A stretch of DNA of 64,000 nucleotides from Dudresnaya verticillata. Taxonomy: Eukaryota. A program made the translations under genes and the position numbers. Location of the stretch: positions 2,356,001-2,420,000 of the forward strand of contig OZ374564.1 in the NCBI GenBank assembly GCA_977862235.1, read 5' to 3'. Positions 12,000-25,794 of this stretch are shown piece by piece (position 1 is the stretch's first letter; each line of letters begins with the position of its first letter). The notes under the pieces were generated by a model. It worked only from the letters and a program-made list of their open reading frames with translations. It was not told the origin of the DNA and searched no databases.

Positions 12000-13640
12000 A
12001 TTTATTTGCAAGTACCGACAACCTTAAAGGTAGTAATAGGCTTCCTACTCTCTAGAATTGTAGCAAATGCTCTAAAATGATAGGTGGAATTCCCATTGCC
12101 TCCGGAGTCAACGCCTTCATCTTCTACGTATTCGCCTGTTCCATCCAAGCAGTTCACTGCTAAATCTTGTACTGTAAATTCTTACCATCACTGCTCATCC
12201 GTATCACGACACCATGCTCTCCACTTCTTCATGATCAGCTTCTTGATGGCTTTACACCACTCCTTGCATGCAAGGTTGGTCCCTCGCATTCTTCTTGTAG
12301 CAGTGATGAGGCTATTGCCTCGGCTTGCGATCACCACAGAGGGAGTGCAAGAGGATGATCATCCGAACGTGGCAACTACTCTTGTTGTCGTTGTAAAGTG
12401 TACGCTTTACTTGTGTGTTATTGTATTTTGCTTATTGTTTATCGTGGTCCTGGGTAGGCGACTTTGGCCGATTTGCTGGCACACGGTCGATTGATGTGAA
12501 TCATCTCTCCGTCTTGTTGTAGATGTGCAAGTAGACGAAGCAATATATCTAGTCTGTTCGCTGCAACAAAATTCTAACGCGAAGGAGATTGTGTGGGTGA
12601 TGTAACTGTGGGATCACTATGAGCAGCCACATTATTTGTGTGGTTGTAGCTCTCGTGACAACCTTCAATAAGAGTGCAGCGGCAGTTATTGTGGAGCGCC
12701 CTCTGCTTCTAGGATGTAGACGTCCTTGTCAACTACCTATACTGTTCAATGAGACCTTTGCAGTTAGTGGGTTCTGAAAGGGGATTTGTAGATACCTACT
12801 GAGGTAGGATCTTAAGTAGGGAGCATCACAGCACTACACCAATCAAAACCACAATGAAACGGTAATAGCTTAGTGGTTTCTTTTTGCTTGGTCCGCCATG
12901 GAGGTCGTGGGATCAGGTTCCGCTGGTGCGTGCACGTGCAAAGCTGGATAGTAATCTACAGCTTCCAAACCGCATCAAGTTGTCATTGCCTATGAATCAG
13001 TTCAAGCACTCAGTGCGCCGGTTAACACGACGCTTGTCGAGTATCTGGTTCAATGTTTCTTCGATAGACCCGTCTGCATCGATGATGACTTGTACTGGTC
13101 CTGACTCCGTTTCTGGCTCACGGAAAGCTTAACTTAGACCTACCCTTCAAAGGCATCTACAGTAGATCCGCGATAATTGAATACTCGATAATTGTATAAT
13201 TCCGGTATTTGCATGATAGATCCGTCTCCCAAACAGCTGCTCCGCTAATCGAGACGGTCGGCACGTAACCAGTTGATGCTACCGCTCCCTAACCCCTAGT
13301 GCTCCTCTTCAACGGTATACACATCGTGTACACGCATTCGAAAAAAAGGAAGGAAGTCTGAACATAAATCCAGAACAATCGAGCAGGAGAGCTTGGAGGC
13401 ACAGTAGGGGGCGTGAAGACCTTTCTCGATAGGGAATTCAGTATATGTGAGAGACCTCGAATTAAAGGAGAGAGCTACCCACAGAACTGACATAACTGTT
13501 GTCAGCGAGAGAATATACCAATGTGAGACGTAAAACATCGCTCCCCAGGGGAAGTAAGGCAGTCTTCTAACACCGGGGTAAGTAGTATGGACGTGATGTT
13601 GTAATTTATTGAATCTTTAACGTGCGCGTTTGCGCGTGGT

Positions 13641-13760
13641 ATGGATTTGGCGGAGGTCGACGTCGACACCTTCTACAACCTCGACCAGTTGACTGCAATG
13701 CGCTGGTTGAAGCACGTGTGGAGGACATTTCCCGCTGAAATCATCAGCAATAACTCGCTA
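13641..13760 (+). pseudogene. Fragment of a pogo/Tigger-like (DDE_1) transposase C-terminus
   Basis: FYNLDQLTAMRWLKHVWRTFPAEIISN resembles the 'xxAMxWxxxAWxxVxxxxIxNCW' helix that ends DDE_1 transposases. Confidence 0.5.
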
Positions 13761-13928
13761 TTTGCATGGCTTATTCTCGATCGCAGGTTGTCCAGAATAA
13801 GCCCGGCAGAGGGATCAATGAGGGCTATTCCCTGCATCCATGCAGGGAATAGGCAGGCATGGCGTGCTGCAGTGTCACGCAAACCACGGGGTCGATTCGT
13901 ATTCGACTAAGTATTCGTTATACGACAC

Positions 13929-13946
13929 TGGTATCCAGACCTAGAA
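13929..13946 (+). other. Orphan primer-binding-site-like motif
   Basis: TGGTATCCAGACCTAGAA, nearly identical to the PBS at 15793 and 41917 and preceded by CA. Confidence 0.5.
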
Positions 13947-14382
13947 AGTGGTTCCGATGATTTGCATTAATTCGTAACTCAGTTTCTTTCGAAACACGAT
14001 GTCTCACGCTCCGAGTCGTCCCGCTTAGTCCGTTCCGGAACCCGATGACGGACCGATTCCAGAGCTCCCGATTTTCGAACGAACACGAGTGACCGAAAAC
14101 CGTTTTCCCGCGCTCGCGCTTCACGTATGACGGAACCCGATCTTCGCATGGACTCTCATTCGCAGGCTCAATGTAACCATTCCAACCTTTCTTCTACGTA
14201 CAGTGACCCGTCCATGTTGATAAGACGAGTCACTCGCTTCCCTTTCGTAGCTAGCACAGGTTTTCGGAGGACTATTTGAACGCTGTTCGTTAAATGGCGC
14301 CAAAAGGCGAAGCGGGATTGCAGCGACACTGTAGCACTGTATTCCCTGCTGGAGTCTGCGCGCACCACCAATATGAGCCAAG

Positions 14383-15228
14383 TATAGTGCATACTTCAAT
14401 ATCACCCTAGGCGTCGTTACAACGTCTCGGACGGAGCTCTACGCCCTCGGCTTTACACCGCCAACGGCGTTTAAGATGTGAGTTTGGGCGCGAACCCGCT
14501 CGTGTGGTGCAAGGAGGGTGATCCCCTATTTCGCTCTGATCTGTAGGCGTGGCCCAGATCCGGATTGGATCTGGATCAGACATTGGGATTCGAATCCGAA
14601 TCACCTCACACCGCTGTGCGCACGCGTCTGTAAGCTACCCGCTACGCGCGCGCAAGTCTGTAAGCTACTCCTTACCCGCGGGTACGCGGGTGCACGACTA
14701 CGGCGACGTGTCAGCCGCGCGGTGGCGTGACACGCGTCCTGAGTTCCCTCGCACCGCGTCACGCCGCCGCCGCCCGCATCGTAGTGGTAGTATATTAGGT
14801 AACGCGTCTGTGACGTTGCAGTAAACCCCGGCAAGCCGGCCTGCCTTCACACTTCGTCCCTTCGCTCGTTAGCGTCACTGCTGCTACCCACGATCGCGCT
14901 TCCGCGTCAATGTCCGTCTTTGACGTGTATCCCCTTTTGTTTTCCCTCCGAGAAGCTCGGTGGTTCTTCACCCCCAGCGCTCAAGAGCGGACATCGCCGC
15001 TATAAGCGTGGGCTACGTGCCGGACTACCACGCACACATCCACTCCGTCGTGGACGTGTGTTTCCCTTTTTCCATTTCTACCGCCTCGGGCGTTTATAGT
15101 CCGCCCTTGGCTTGTTACCAGACTCTAACCCGTTCTACCCCCCTCGGCACTCATCCGCCAGAGGCGAGCTACCGGCCGGGCTACGAACGGCCCGGACGGT
15201 GTTTCCGTCTTAGAAGTTTTGCACTACA
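14383..15228 (+). mobile_element. Solo LTR related to the 41003-54208 chromovirus
   Basis: Ends TATAGTGC...GCACTACA with perfect 5-bp TSD CCAAG (14378-14382 / 15229-15233). Shares blocks with LTR 41003-41914 (GCGTGGCCC..ATCCGGA, CAGTAAACCCCGGCAAGCCGGC, CCGCCTCGGGCGTTTA.AGTCCGCCC). Confidence 0.9.
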
Positions 15229-15280
15229 CCAAGTAATTGCTTTATTTGTAATTAGGTAATTTTAATGATGCTGCACAGTA

Positions 15281-15810
15281 CGTAGTGTCAGCCGGCCAAT
15301 GAGAATGCCGAGCAATGTCCGCAACGGTGACTGGGACCAGTAGGGGCGGGCCCACCTAGTGTACCAGATCCATTGGCGTCTGGCCCACACAGACCGGACC
15401 GCGGGCGTATCTCCCAGTATATTAATGGGTGGCCACCGCGAGTCCTACAGTAAACGGGTACGCAACCCTGGGCAAAGTGACTTGCCCTAAGCCTTACCCT
15501 CATACTCCTTCACGGTTTCCCCTCGCCAGCCCCGTGCACGGATTCCTCTTACCTCCGTCCCGGTGTAGCTGTCCTGGCACTGTACCGTCCCCCTTGTCGG
15601 TTGCGTCCCTTTACTCCTTACAGATGTTGCCGCTCGAGGTACTCCCTTCGGTCTACGAACTAAGATCTACCACCCCGGTGCCGTGTGAGATCACTCCTTT
15701 AAGGAGTGATCTCAGACGGCACCACAATAAGTTGTTGGGATTGCCTGATCAGCTCTCCTTACACGTATGCCTTTCACTACACCACATCTTTTTGGTCTCC
15801 CGACCTAGAA
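15281..15810 (+). mobile_element. Probable 5' LTR plus PBS of a second Gypsy element
   Basis: CGTAGTG...CACTACA termini, then PBS TGGTCTCCCGACCTAGAA at 15793-15810, then a gag-like ORF. No matching second LTR in the window. Confidence 0.55.
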
Positions 15811-15949
15811 AACAGTTAAGGTAGAAGAATCTCCGTTGGACTCCGCTTGGGTAGGAGATCAGCTTTGTGACAACTCCGTTTTGGTGTAAAGGCAGGACAA
15901 GGCAAGCACTCGTTGAGACCGTTTTGGTATCCTAAGAATAGAAGAACAT

Positions 15950-16833
15950 ATGGACCCTTCCGTATCGGATCAAGGTGAGGTGCCGTCAACCGCTAGATCA
16001 CGCCGCGGTGACGATAACACCGTCCCGGAGGTGCCCTCTACTGCGAGAACACGCCGCAGTGAGCCCACCGAATCGGAGATAGCCTCAGCCACGAGAACAC
16101 GCCGTGGCGATTCTGCCAACCTGAACCCCGGTATGGAGAACCCCGAAGGACTCCTTAAAGGTGTGGCCAGTAAGCTCTCTAGGTCCCAACCTGGTTCAGA
16201 TACTTCCCGCAAGGGTGTATCCAAGCCAGGTGACTCCCATCCTGTCCATTGGATACTTTCGGAAGTCATCACACGGTTGTTGGAGCATCTCCGTATAGAT
16301 GTGCAACCCAACATGGTCAAGGAGGTTGAGACCACGCTCGCCGACACCGTTCCGGTTATCGTTAGCTCCTACCTGGAGAAACATCTTCCGGAGTTGGTAC
16401 AGACTCTCTCATCCGTCAGGAGCGTCAGGCGTCGGAGATCGAGCAGATGCTCACCCCTGGACAAACCCTACCTGGACCCAAGGAGCAGCCCTTTTCTGGA
16501 CCTACACCGATACGGAATAACTTCCCGGTCAAGGGAGAAACGACGTATATGCCAGAAATCCCCACTCAGGTGTTTCCGCCCGATCTGGTAAGGACAGCGG
16601 CAGCCCCTGGGTTACCTACCCAAACTCAATACACCGAACTGGATCCAATACACCAATCCCATCCGAATCGTTGTACGGTGCCTGGACCCGCAGAAGTGCC
16701 TGCGGGGGAACGTATCACCGTGCCGGTGGCTTCGCGTAGAGGCAGTGAGCACTCCGATGGTGACTCCAAGAAAAACCAAGACCTGAGTGGCAGAGACAGT
16801 GGTGACAGAAATGCCAAGCTCGGACGCTCTTGA
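15950..16833 (+). pseudogene. gag: Truncated, frameshifted gag-like N-terminal region
   Basis: Directly downstream of the PBS; low-complexity start with three E(V/I)(P/A)S(T/A)(A/T)R(S/T)RR repeats; architecture parallels gag at 42042. Confidence 0.5.
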
Positions 16834-19122
16834 CGATAACATTTTCGATGCCCAATTCGACCATCTGGCCTATCGCACGTTCTGAGAAACACCGTTGGTC
16901 GATCGAATTAGCTTTCGTTCTCATTGGAACCCCTATGTCCGGGGGAAACGATGACATCGTCACATCTTCTAGGGCCTGTCCGCCCGTACCGTGCTGAGTA
17001 GCCCGAATAATGGGCGGCGGCGGCATACTAGGGTCAGGATCCTCATTCGCGCCGTAATCGGCGGCTTGCGGCAGCGGTCCTGACCGTGTTTTCTTCATTC
17101 GGGACCTGCCCTTCTCTGGAACAGGTGGTTACTCATCTCCTGGAGCGCCCGCCATTCGGGGCGGACGTTCCACTTCTCCTGGGCAAGAGCGGCGACGGCC
17201 GCACTGGTTCTCGACCCAATTGTCCTCACGGAGGAAATACTGCCGGAACGGCTCCCACCACGGCTGGTCAATCCCGGCTGGGTGGTGTCGCCGTTGGAAG
17301 TCGGTATGTTTGGGTCGATCTTGACGACCTAAACGTAGGATATCGGTCCTGTGGTTGCCTGACGGGAAAATTTTCCAAGTGGGCAATCTTCTTCATAACC
17401 GTCGTTCTCGGGGTTATGGGCGATTCTGTCCACGCGGTCTTTCGGCAATGCGCGCCCGCACAGCCCGTACAAGAACGTAGTTTTTGTACAGATGTTACGA
17501 TAAACTGTTGAGTTTTTCCCGGAAGGGGCGTCAATCCGCGACTAGGATCTTCTCGTTAAACAAAATTGAAACCGCCACAGCGGTCAGGGTTGCTTGCACT
17601 AGATTTGACGTTACTCCAGCGCTCGATTTGAAGCTTAGGGACCGTCGTCACCCGGACGAGTAGGGTTTCACCTTCAAGTAGTCGAACCTTGAGATCTTGC
17701 AGGGAGAAAACTCAATCCTTGAAATTTACAAAGCGATGGAATGAAGTTGAGGTAATAAAGGGAACCGACCCAGAACCGATTCTAGGTCGGGAAACCACTG
17801 TAGTAGTGTGGCGCGACGAGCCAGTAGCCCGCTAAACGAAAAGGACAGCTGTCCCGTGCGTGCACACACCCTAACGAGGGTAGCTCAAAATGGGGGGTTG
17901 GCAGAGACTTGAGGGAAAAGGAAAACGGCAAGCGTGCCTGTAGTAGAACGGCTCCAAGCCAGAAAACCGACGGCAACACAACGCGACAGCTGCTCTGAAG
18001 CTAATTCTACTCTCGTGGTTGGTAACTCCTAAAGGGGGTGGTAGAGACTTGAAAGGACTGCAAGTCCTGACCAAGAGGGAAAAGGAAAGACGAACCGTAC
18101 TGCTTAGAGCAGTCGTCGTAGGTAGCACGGCTTGTAAACGCCTAAAGGGGTTATCTGGCGGTGATACCGTGAGAGTCCAGGAAAGGGAAAAAACCCAAGG
18201 CACACACCGCCGCCCGTTTGATGCGGGCCCCCTGCTACTCAGGGGCCTAATAAATACGGCGGGAGCCGGAAAGTTGCTACCAGCTCAGTTAGAGCTATAA
18301 TGCTAACAGTGAGCCAAATACTGTACACTAACAGTTACACAAGCGGTTAAAAGTAGGAATGAGCGGTCATACCGCTTCCGTGCGTACGGCGTTACTGTAA
18401 GACGCCGGCCCAAAATGTCTGCGAAATCATGGCACGTATCCGCCACTCAGCGCGCATAGTGCTCACGTAGTTAATTGTCCAATGGCAAGTGGCCATCTCA
18501 CTCATATGTCCCATGCCTTACAGGCGTCGCATGTACACGTGGCTCCTTACAGCGCCCCAGCACTCGTTGTACCACACGGCCCCCTTCTTTAAACTGAGCG
18601 ACTGCGCTCAGTAGAGAGTTGTACAGCGATGCTGTGTCCAAAGCCTGTGGTCGTTGATAATGAAATCTCGGTCCGTTCATTGGCCTCATAGCCACGCGTG
18701 AGGAAATGCCTCCCTTGGACCGTCTCAACGGTGGGGCCAAGCCAGCGCGGCTCGAGCCGTCGTCGGCGGCATGACCGGTATCGATTTGCCCGAAACGCCA
18801 GACGGCGTATGCCTATTTCAACGCCGGCTCGAAGCCGTCTCGGCAATTACTGTGCTCACAACCACCAACCGTCTCAAACCGTACCCGGCTCCCCATCTCC
18901 TTCCCCCTGCATCTGTGGCTGTTTCGGCCGACTTCTTCCTCCGCGGCTCGAGCCGTCGAACACCTCCATTGGCGCTTCTGTGAGGCGTGCGCCGGCGTTC
19001 ACCGACTAAAGCGTCATTACGGCCCTTGCGGTGCTCATCGTTGCGCACCGAAGAATAGCAACGAGTCCGACGACTCCCATCGTACGCACGCCGATCTTCG
19101 AAGAATCCGGGCTCGCAGCCGT

Positions 19123-21656
19123 TTGGTCAGGTCGCGCTCGTCAGTCTCTGGACTTGGCTTTGCAGCCGACATTCAGGCAGAAGAGCGGCTTCCGCGCCGT
19201 AGGAGTAATCAGATCGCGTTCACTACCCCTCAGGGTCAGTTTTGGACCCGACGCGACCCAAGAGAAGGGTTTCGGAACCTTAGGAGATCTGATTCAACGG
19301 CTTGGTTTAACGGCTTGGAAGTCATGGGGATACGAGTGCGCCATATCGAGATGGCTCCACCACACTTGGTGTATGGAACGGCCGGCTCTAGTGCCAATGT
19401 CTTCGGAAATGAGGTAGACGCGGCTGCAGTGCCGCTAGTGATCTCCCACAGCCACGACTGGCTTTTTCGTACCGACCTACCACATCTAAAGATGCGGGCG
19501 GGAGCAAGTCGCGAGGATATTCGCCGCATCGGGGAGAGGACGACTCAGAGCCGTGTTTGGAATCGCCTCATACGCACTCGCGTTGGCATTCTAACCGGTA
19601 CCAACCGGTTACTCCCGTGCCTTGATGGCGACGCGAGACGCTCCAGTGGGATCCTGCCTTCGTGCGTTTTAGACACGAGATGGCTTGGAGCAATAGCTAG
19701 ACCCAGAAGTTGACTTCGCAAGCCGCCCTGTTGTATGAGATTCACCAGAGCGGCGAGTGGGACCTTCGAATGGTCATGCATGATCGTCCACTCATTCGTC
19801 AGGGGAGGGATAACTTCCCGTATACAATGGCCCGCGTCGTGCGGTGGGATAAATCGTCCAACCTAAAATATGCGTTGGGTAACCCACAGACGGCTATTCT
19901 GTTGGAGCATTCCCGCTTTGAGCGGAAGAGACGTCACAAGACCGGATGTCTCATCCCTTGTCACTGACAAGAGGTGACAGCTATCAAGCCGGAGTGGTAT
20001 AACGGGAAGTATCCGCAAGTACCTGATGGCCACAAGAACTTTAAGGTCTCGTACTCCATGCCGGTCGGTACTCCGACGATTATCGCATACCTCGGTCTAG
20101 AGATGATGGCGAAAGCCATAGATGACAGCGTGCTCTGTAGTATCTTCCGCCATGAGTGGGTTGTGCTCGTCGTACAGACCTTGGTATATGAGGCTCGTCG
20201 AGGCCTGTTGTATTTCATCGCCCAGCCGTACGAGAGGCGATTCGTGCTTTGAGCCTGAAGGATTTGACTGCAGACGCCAATGATTCCAAGGACTTAGAAG
20301 CCCTGCTCATATTCATATAGCGCATTCGCTGCAGCGAGATTTCCAGGAGGAACCGACACCTTCCGGATAACACCGATCACATGACTCCGGTCTTCAACCG
20401 TGGAGACTGCGTGGATTTTGATCCTCAGAAGTGGCATCCATTCTTACCAGCGTACCTAATCCAGCCGGTGCCGTCAGAGGCTCAACCCCGGTGCTTGATG
20501 AGGGGACTTGTATAACTGGCGTCACTGCTGGTTCGGTTAGTTCCCGTTGGCGAGACGTGGGTCCTCAGAGCCCTGAGCAGGTTCCGGTTTACGACGAGAC
20601 AGTCAGTGTGCAGCCACAGGGACCTCATGCTTCACCTGCTACGGGATATTCGAAAGCAGAACACGTTATTAGAGACGTCTTCAATAGACGTGGGTTAGCC
20701 ATCCGACTTGCTTGCCACTGGGGCATGCGTTATCTCAATATACATAGTCTGGCAGACTGGGCGGAGGAGGTCATGGTGGATTATGAGTCCAATTGGTTGC
20801 AGATGCCGGGCCCGGTCGACGAGATGGAGCGTCTGCGGGCTCACTTCGCCGCCCTTCCTCTCCGTCGGGCCATTCGCGGGGCGGGGACGTGAAACCGCGT
20901 CACGGTATTGGCCACGCTGGCGTTTCTGGCATCAAGCAAGAGTCGACTGGAGTCGAAGACAAGGATCCTCGTGCTAATACGAGTGAAGATCCCGCGGCTA
21001 TTCCGCGTGAGGAGTCATCCACAACCGGTGTTCAAGCAACAGCTTCAGCTATTAAGTCGGTTACCACGCCTTCGGTGGCGGTCGTTTAAACTTCTACTGC
21101 GATGGCAGCGGTGGAGGCCCCGACCCTTGTGGCACCGACTACGGGTTTATCCGGCTTCGCCCCCATGGGTTTACCCGGAGTCGCCCCTTTGGGCGAGTTC
21201 CTCCGGGGAGACTTTCCTCGCCGTGGCTCTCAAGCCACAGAGGAAATGTTGACCGGGGTGGCCGCTGGAGTACCTGTGCCCCAGGATAAGGAAACTGAGA
21301 GCTCAAAGCTCGCTGTGGACGAACAGGATGGCGCCTCTCAAGCGAACAAGGTCGCAACCTCCTCGGACGACGTAATTTTCAAGACTGCATTAGTCATCAA
21401 GGAGGAGGACGAAGAGCCGCCCGCTGCAAGCGGTGCATTAACGAACGGCTTGGACGATATGGACATCGATGCAACAGCGATCGGCATTCGGGTAGCTAAT
21501 GAGGAAGCGGGGTCCGGGCTCGGTCGGGGTTCTCGCCGCTTGGGACGTGGACGTCGCATGGTACGCGAAGTGCGTGGCGTCTTAATTTTCCATACGGCTC
21601 CGCAGCCGGACCCGCCTCTTGGGGAGGAAGAGGTCATCAACCATTTCTCTGATTAA
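19123..21656 (+). pseudogene. Degenerate accessory ORF of a Gypsy element, homologous to the antisense ORF at 50531-52834
   Basis: Broken ORFs share FNGL(E/Q)V and E..R(F/W)E...R.(K/R).G...P motifs and an Ala/Pro/Ser-rich tail with the 50531-52834 ORFs. Confidence 0.5.
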
Positions 21657-22148
21657 GCCACTTGATGGCGTATAGTAACCACCCTTTCCCTAGTGTCCGC
21701 TGGCTGAAAGTCATTGTAATTCGCCTGAATTGGGCAAGAGCGGCTTAACCGCTAAAGTAGAGTCCTGCTGTTGTTATTCCCGAGCGGCTGAGAGCCGATC
21801 TCATCGCTCTATTTCCCCTTACCGTTAGCACGGCCGCGTATCGTGGGGTTGATTCTCCAAAGGCCCCTTTTCGAATGGGCGGATCCGATGCGCGTGCTAC
21901 CGTTTGAGTCAACACCACTCCTCGAGCTTGCAGCTCACACATGCATCTTGACGCAAATGTCGATAGTGCTCTTTGGATGAGTTAACGCAGAGAAACCGTC
22001 GCCATTGTTGGGAGTAGTTTGGCACCACGGCGTGCGCCGTGGAACCGAATCGTTGGGGCGAATTTGATTCGTGGCTCATTCCGCATTCTTGAGGGGGCAA
22101 GGCGAGTGAGAGGATTCCAGCAATGACCCATCCCCCTCTACAGTAGCA

Positions 22149-22850
22149 GAAAGGGGTATTGTAGGGGTGAAGCGACTTGGCGCCAACTCACGGGGTGCTT
22201 TGTTTGACGAATTCTAATTCGTGAATGAGTAACTCAGATGAATTTGATTTGTGAAGAATTGCGCAGACGAATTTGATTCGCCGTCCGCCTCCATACTCTT
22301 GGGTGGCCGGGGATCGACACGGCACCAGCGAGGGCCCTTGTTTCGTTGTTAATCTGGTTCAGACCTTCTGTAGAGATGGAGTAGACCATATTCGCAGACT
22401 ACTTCTCAAAGAAGGTGAGGGAGTTCTCACGCCTTCCCCTAGACCTTGTCGCGGTTGCTAGGTACGAAACCGATTTTCTCTGTCGACGGCTTGCGATCCG
22501 TTTGGCTGCAGAGCAATTGGTTAGCCACATTGGATATAGCACGCCAGCCGTTTGACTTCAGTCAATGGGTAAGGTTTCTAATAGACCTTCTGGTCTTCCG
22601 CTTACCCCTATTGGAGAGCTGATCAGCTCTATTGGTTTCGACTCCGGTGATCTGGCCATGGCCAATAGCGGTCCTAAACACGTGCGGAGATGCGGGGCGG
22701 CTATTGAGGTATAGGCGATATGTCGATAAAGCCATTTTCAATAGCCATCGCGAAATGCACCCCGATATGCTTAGATCATATTGTAGTTGCACCCGCTCAG
22801 CGCCTAGGCGTTTGTTAAATCAATCTTGACTTAGCAAGGGCAGCTACTAC
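22149..22850 (+). mobile_element. PPT-like tract followed by probable partial 3' LTR
   Basis: GAAAGGGG-TAT-TGTAG at 22149-22164. No CA end or partner LTR; abuts the next element. Confidence 0.35.
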
Positions 22851-23119
22851 TGTAGTGGTTTATGCCATTGTTCTCTCTAGGTCCTGAGCCTCATAATCAT
22901 ATTCCAGGCTTCAGTTTCCAACTCATCTATCCATTTGCTTCCACTTCCAACACATCTATCCATTTTCTTGAACTTCCAGTTCATCCGTTCCACATCTATC
23001 CAAAAATCTATGCAAGGTTTCCAACCTTCTGTGCATCTATCCATTTCCAAGTTCCAAATGGGGTCAACCCCGTTCAGTTATACGTATGTACACAGGTCTT
23101 AAGCCCGGTTGTATCTACA
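22851..23119 (-). mobile_element. Probable LTR remnant of the minus-strand chromovirus
   Basis: Bounded by TGTAG...CTACA, contains four CATCTATCCA repeats, and lies just downstream of the minus-strand chromodomain. Confidence 0.4.
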
Positions 23120-23300
23120 ATAGGGTCTTGATCTGCAATTGGGAGTTGCGTTTCTTATGAACCCCAAGGCTTAGACCTTATCTTATGGTACAATTCGCAG
23201 AGGGCCAAAGCCCAGTTCTGATTTCCCTTCGTGATACGTACTTGTGGAAGCTTTATTAGAGAAGTACGCTTCCGGCCGCTGTAGACTGATTCACCAGTAA

Positions 23301-24548
23301 TCACCCCGGCAGGGGAATACGTTTCGCACGGTGATACCACTTGACGAGGTTAGCCGGGAGGTTCGTTCGCGGCTCCCACGTGTCTTCTGATGCCGGGCAT
23401 TGGTACCAGAGCACTTTATACAGTCCCGACTTCGCGTCGTAGTCAACCTATTTGTCATAAACATACTCTCGTGGCGGTGCTTTCTTGAAGCGACTAAACC
23501 TACGGCGCGAAGTCGTCGCCTATATCTCAGTCGGGAGCGACTCATCACTTGGTTGCGGGGGACTGGGATCCCGAGGTATCGTCGATATGACGTCGCTCTT
23601 GGCCGGTGGTATGGCAACTCCTTGAGGAGGTGTAGGTCTAGAAACCGGGCCAGAATCGTTATCAATATCGTCGATCACATCCTGAGGGCGCGCGACAGTC
23701 TGCGCATCTGCGGGTTGTGCGACCGCTTCCAGCGGCTCCCTTCCAGGCGAGGTTCGCGGTCGTTCGGTGTCCTGCGCATCGGTGGACATTGGCCCGGGTG
23801 CGGACTCAGTAGGTTCCACCTCCCCAGGAGCTGTTTCCACGACAGGTGGGTCCTACCCTAGAGCTTCGAGCGCTTCCTCCGGTGACGGGGCTAACATTAC
23901 GCGATCGAGGGAAACTTATTCCCTTTCGCCATTTCGTTCCAACACGACAGTGTGCGTTCCTCTCTCGAGAATCTTATATTGGCCTAGAGCCTTCGGGAAT
24001 GATTTCCCTTCTCTCGCTACGCCTTTGAAATCCTTTATCTTCGTTTCTCGTTCGAGAAATACCCATGGAGCAACTTCTGATTAGTCAGACGCATACGGTT
24101 ATTGAAGTTGACTTCATGTTGCTGTTGAGCCATGCGTAGCCGTGGTAGCGCTGTATCCATCAACTTCTCGAGTCTAGCGGTCAACTGCTTCTTGAAACTA
24201 GTGGCGGGAACGTTCGCAACGTCTACAGTTTCGGCTTACTCCATTAGAGTGGACGTCGGAGGGTTGGATCAAACCAAGTTAACGGGCGCGAGACCTGTCG
24301 CGCGATGAACGGTCGTGTTACACGCATACGTCAAAGCCGACGTGAAGTTCATCCCAGTCCTTCTGGTCTTCGGCGATGAAATGCCTCAACCCTGCCAAAA
24401 GGGTACGAATAAACCTTTTGGTCCGTCCGTTCGTCTGCGGATGGTAGGTCGACGTAAATAGATTCCGAATCTTGAGAATGCCGCAAACGGCTATAAAGAA
24501 CTTAGACGCAAACTGTAAACCATTATCCGACAGGACATAGCGGGGAGG
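23301..24548 (-). pseudogene. pol: Gypsy/chromovirus integrase C-terminal half plus chromodomain (left half of the interrupted element)
   Basis: PPRYVLSDNGLQFASKFF...TSTYHPQTNG integrase core. Chromodomain EYVYDK*VDYD..GLYKVLWYQCPASEDTWEPRTNLP at ~23469-23301, with a stop. Confidence 0.9.
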
Positions 24549-25097
24549 AACACGCATTTGAGCGATTTCACAATATGACTTTCGAAACAGACTGGAGTCG
24601 AATAGCTATTTTCTGCTATCGTTGGAAAGGGGAGCGTCCCCTGAGTACAGTGGTTAAATCCGATTGGCTAACGGACCATGCCTTCGAAAGTTATGGCGGT
24701 TTGCGTGAATTTACCCAAAATATTTCCAGATATTCTGAATTTCAATTTCCTTGCGTCGATTTGGCCCGCGCGGCCCACTCCGCGGTCCGCACTGGGCCAA
24801 ATTGGAAATTTCCGGCCCGCAGCATGCCCCTCGCCGCGCGCGCTGCATGCGCGCCGCATCGCCCATCTGGCCCGCCCCGCGCGTGCTCGGCGCCGCCTAC
24901 AGACTACCCCGTCACCAGTTTTTCGGCTTTCTGGTGCAACGGGTGCACTGTGCTTTGCGCGTCTGTGCACAAATCCGCACGCGACCGCATACAGACTGCC
25001 TCGTCACCCGTCCCCCCCGCCCCGCCCCGCGACGCACAACTCCTTGGGCAAAACCTGCTGTCGCGGTTGCCCACCCTCGTGCACACCGTGGATCCCG
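24549..25097 (+). repeat. Left terminal inverted repeat (~549 bp)
   Basis: Begins AACACGCATTTGAGCGATTTCA and ends CACACCGTGGATCCCG; reverse complement of 62084-62629 with scattered substitutions and small indels. Confidence 0.95.
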
Positions 25098-25794
25098 ATT
25101 CTCAACTATCCCCTTTACTGTTTTTGCTACTTACACATCTGAACCAGGGTCCTCCACCGTCCACTCCTCCGGCACTTCCCACCCTAAAAGCGCCATCACC
25201 GCTACAGCCCCTCGCATCACCCCCTCTCCAACCAGGCCAGCCCTCTCAATCATGTCGCGAGCCCACCCCATCATCTGGACCCGGAGCCAGACAGTTGTGT
25301 CCAGCTCCTCTGCAGCCAGCGCGGGAGCCTCGTCCAGCTCAGCGAGCAGGGCGCGGACATCTTCAACCAGCTCCAGCGGGGCTGGGTCGGTCGGTAGCAT
25401 TCTGGCTGTGTATGGCCGACCTACGGCCTCTGTCAGCTTCCTTTTGTTCAGACGCATGTCACTCCATGTTGGTAGCGGCGCTGAAAATGATCCCGATAGA
25501 GATGTCCCTCTCAAGCTTTGTGTTATGAAGTTACGCAATTACTTTCAGGGTTGATGTAGTTGATGTAGTGCACGTGACGGCAACAGTAACCACCTAATTC
25601 AGGACTGCAAGTCCTACAAGACAACCTCGCACATTGACTGAGGTCGATATCCACTCGTTCGCGCGTTAGTTTCGACAATTCAGCATTACTAGGCGAGGCA
25701 TGACTCTCGCATGACGCTGGTTCGAACGATCGCTGCAACCGCTTTCAAGCATCAACTGAATCCTTCCTGAACAAGCCGACGATTTGCAGGAAGC

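Noticed and set aside
15281..22850. A single intact LTR element spanning this interval
   Set aside because: The putative LTRs at 15281 and 22160 do not match and no RT or integrase lies between them; more likely rearranged fragments.
24575..25554. Long ORFs of 317, 267 and 154 aa, mirrored at 61794-62528
   Set aside because: They run through the GC-rich TIRs and are open in several frames; composition artefacts.
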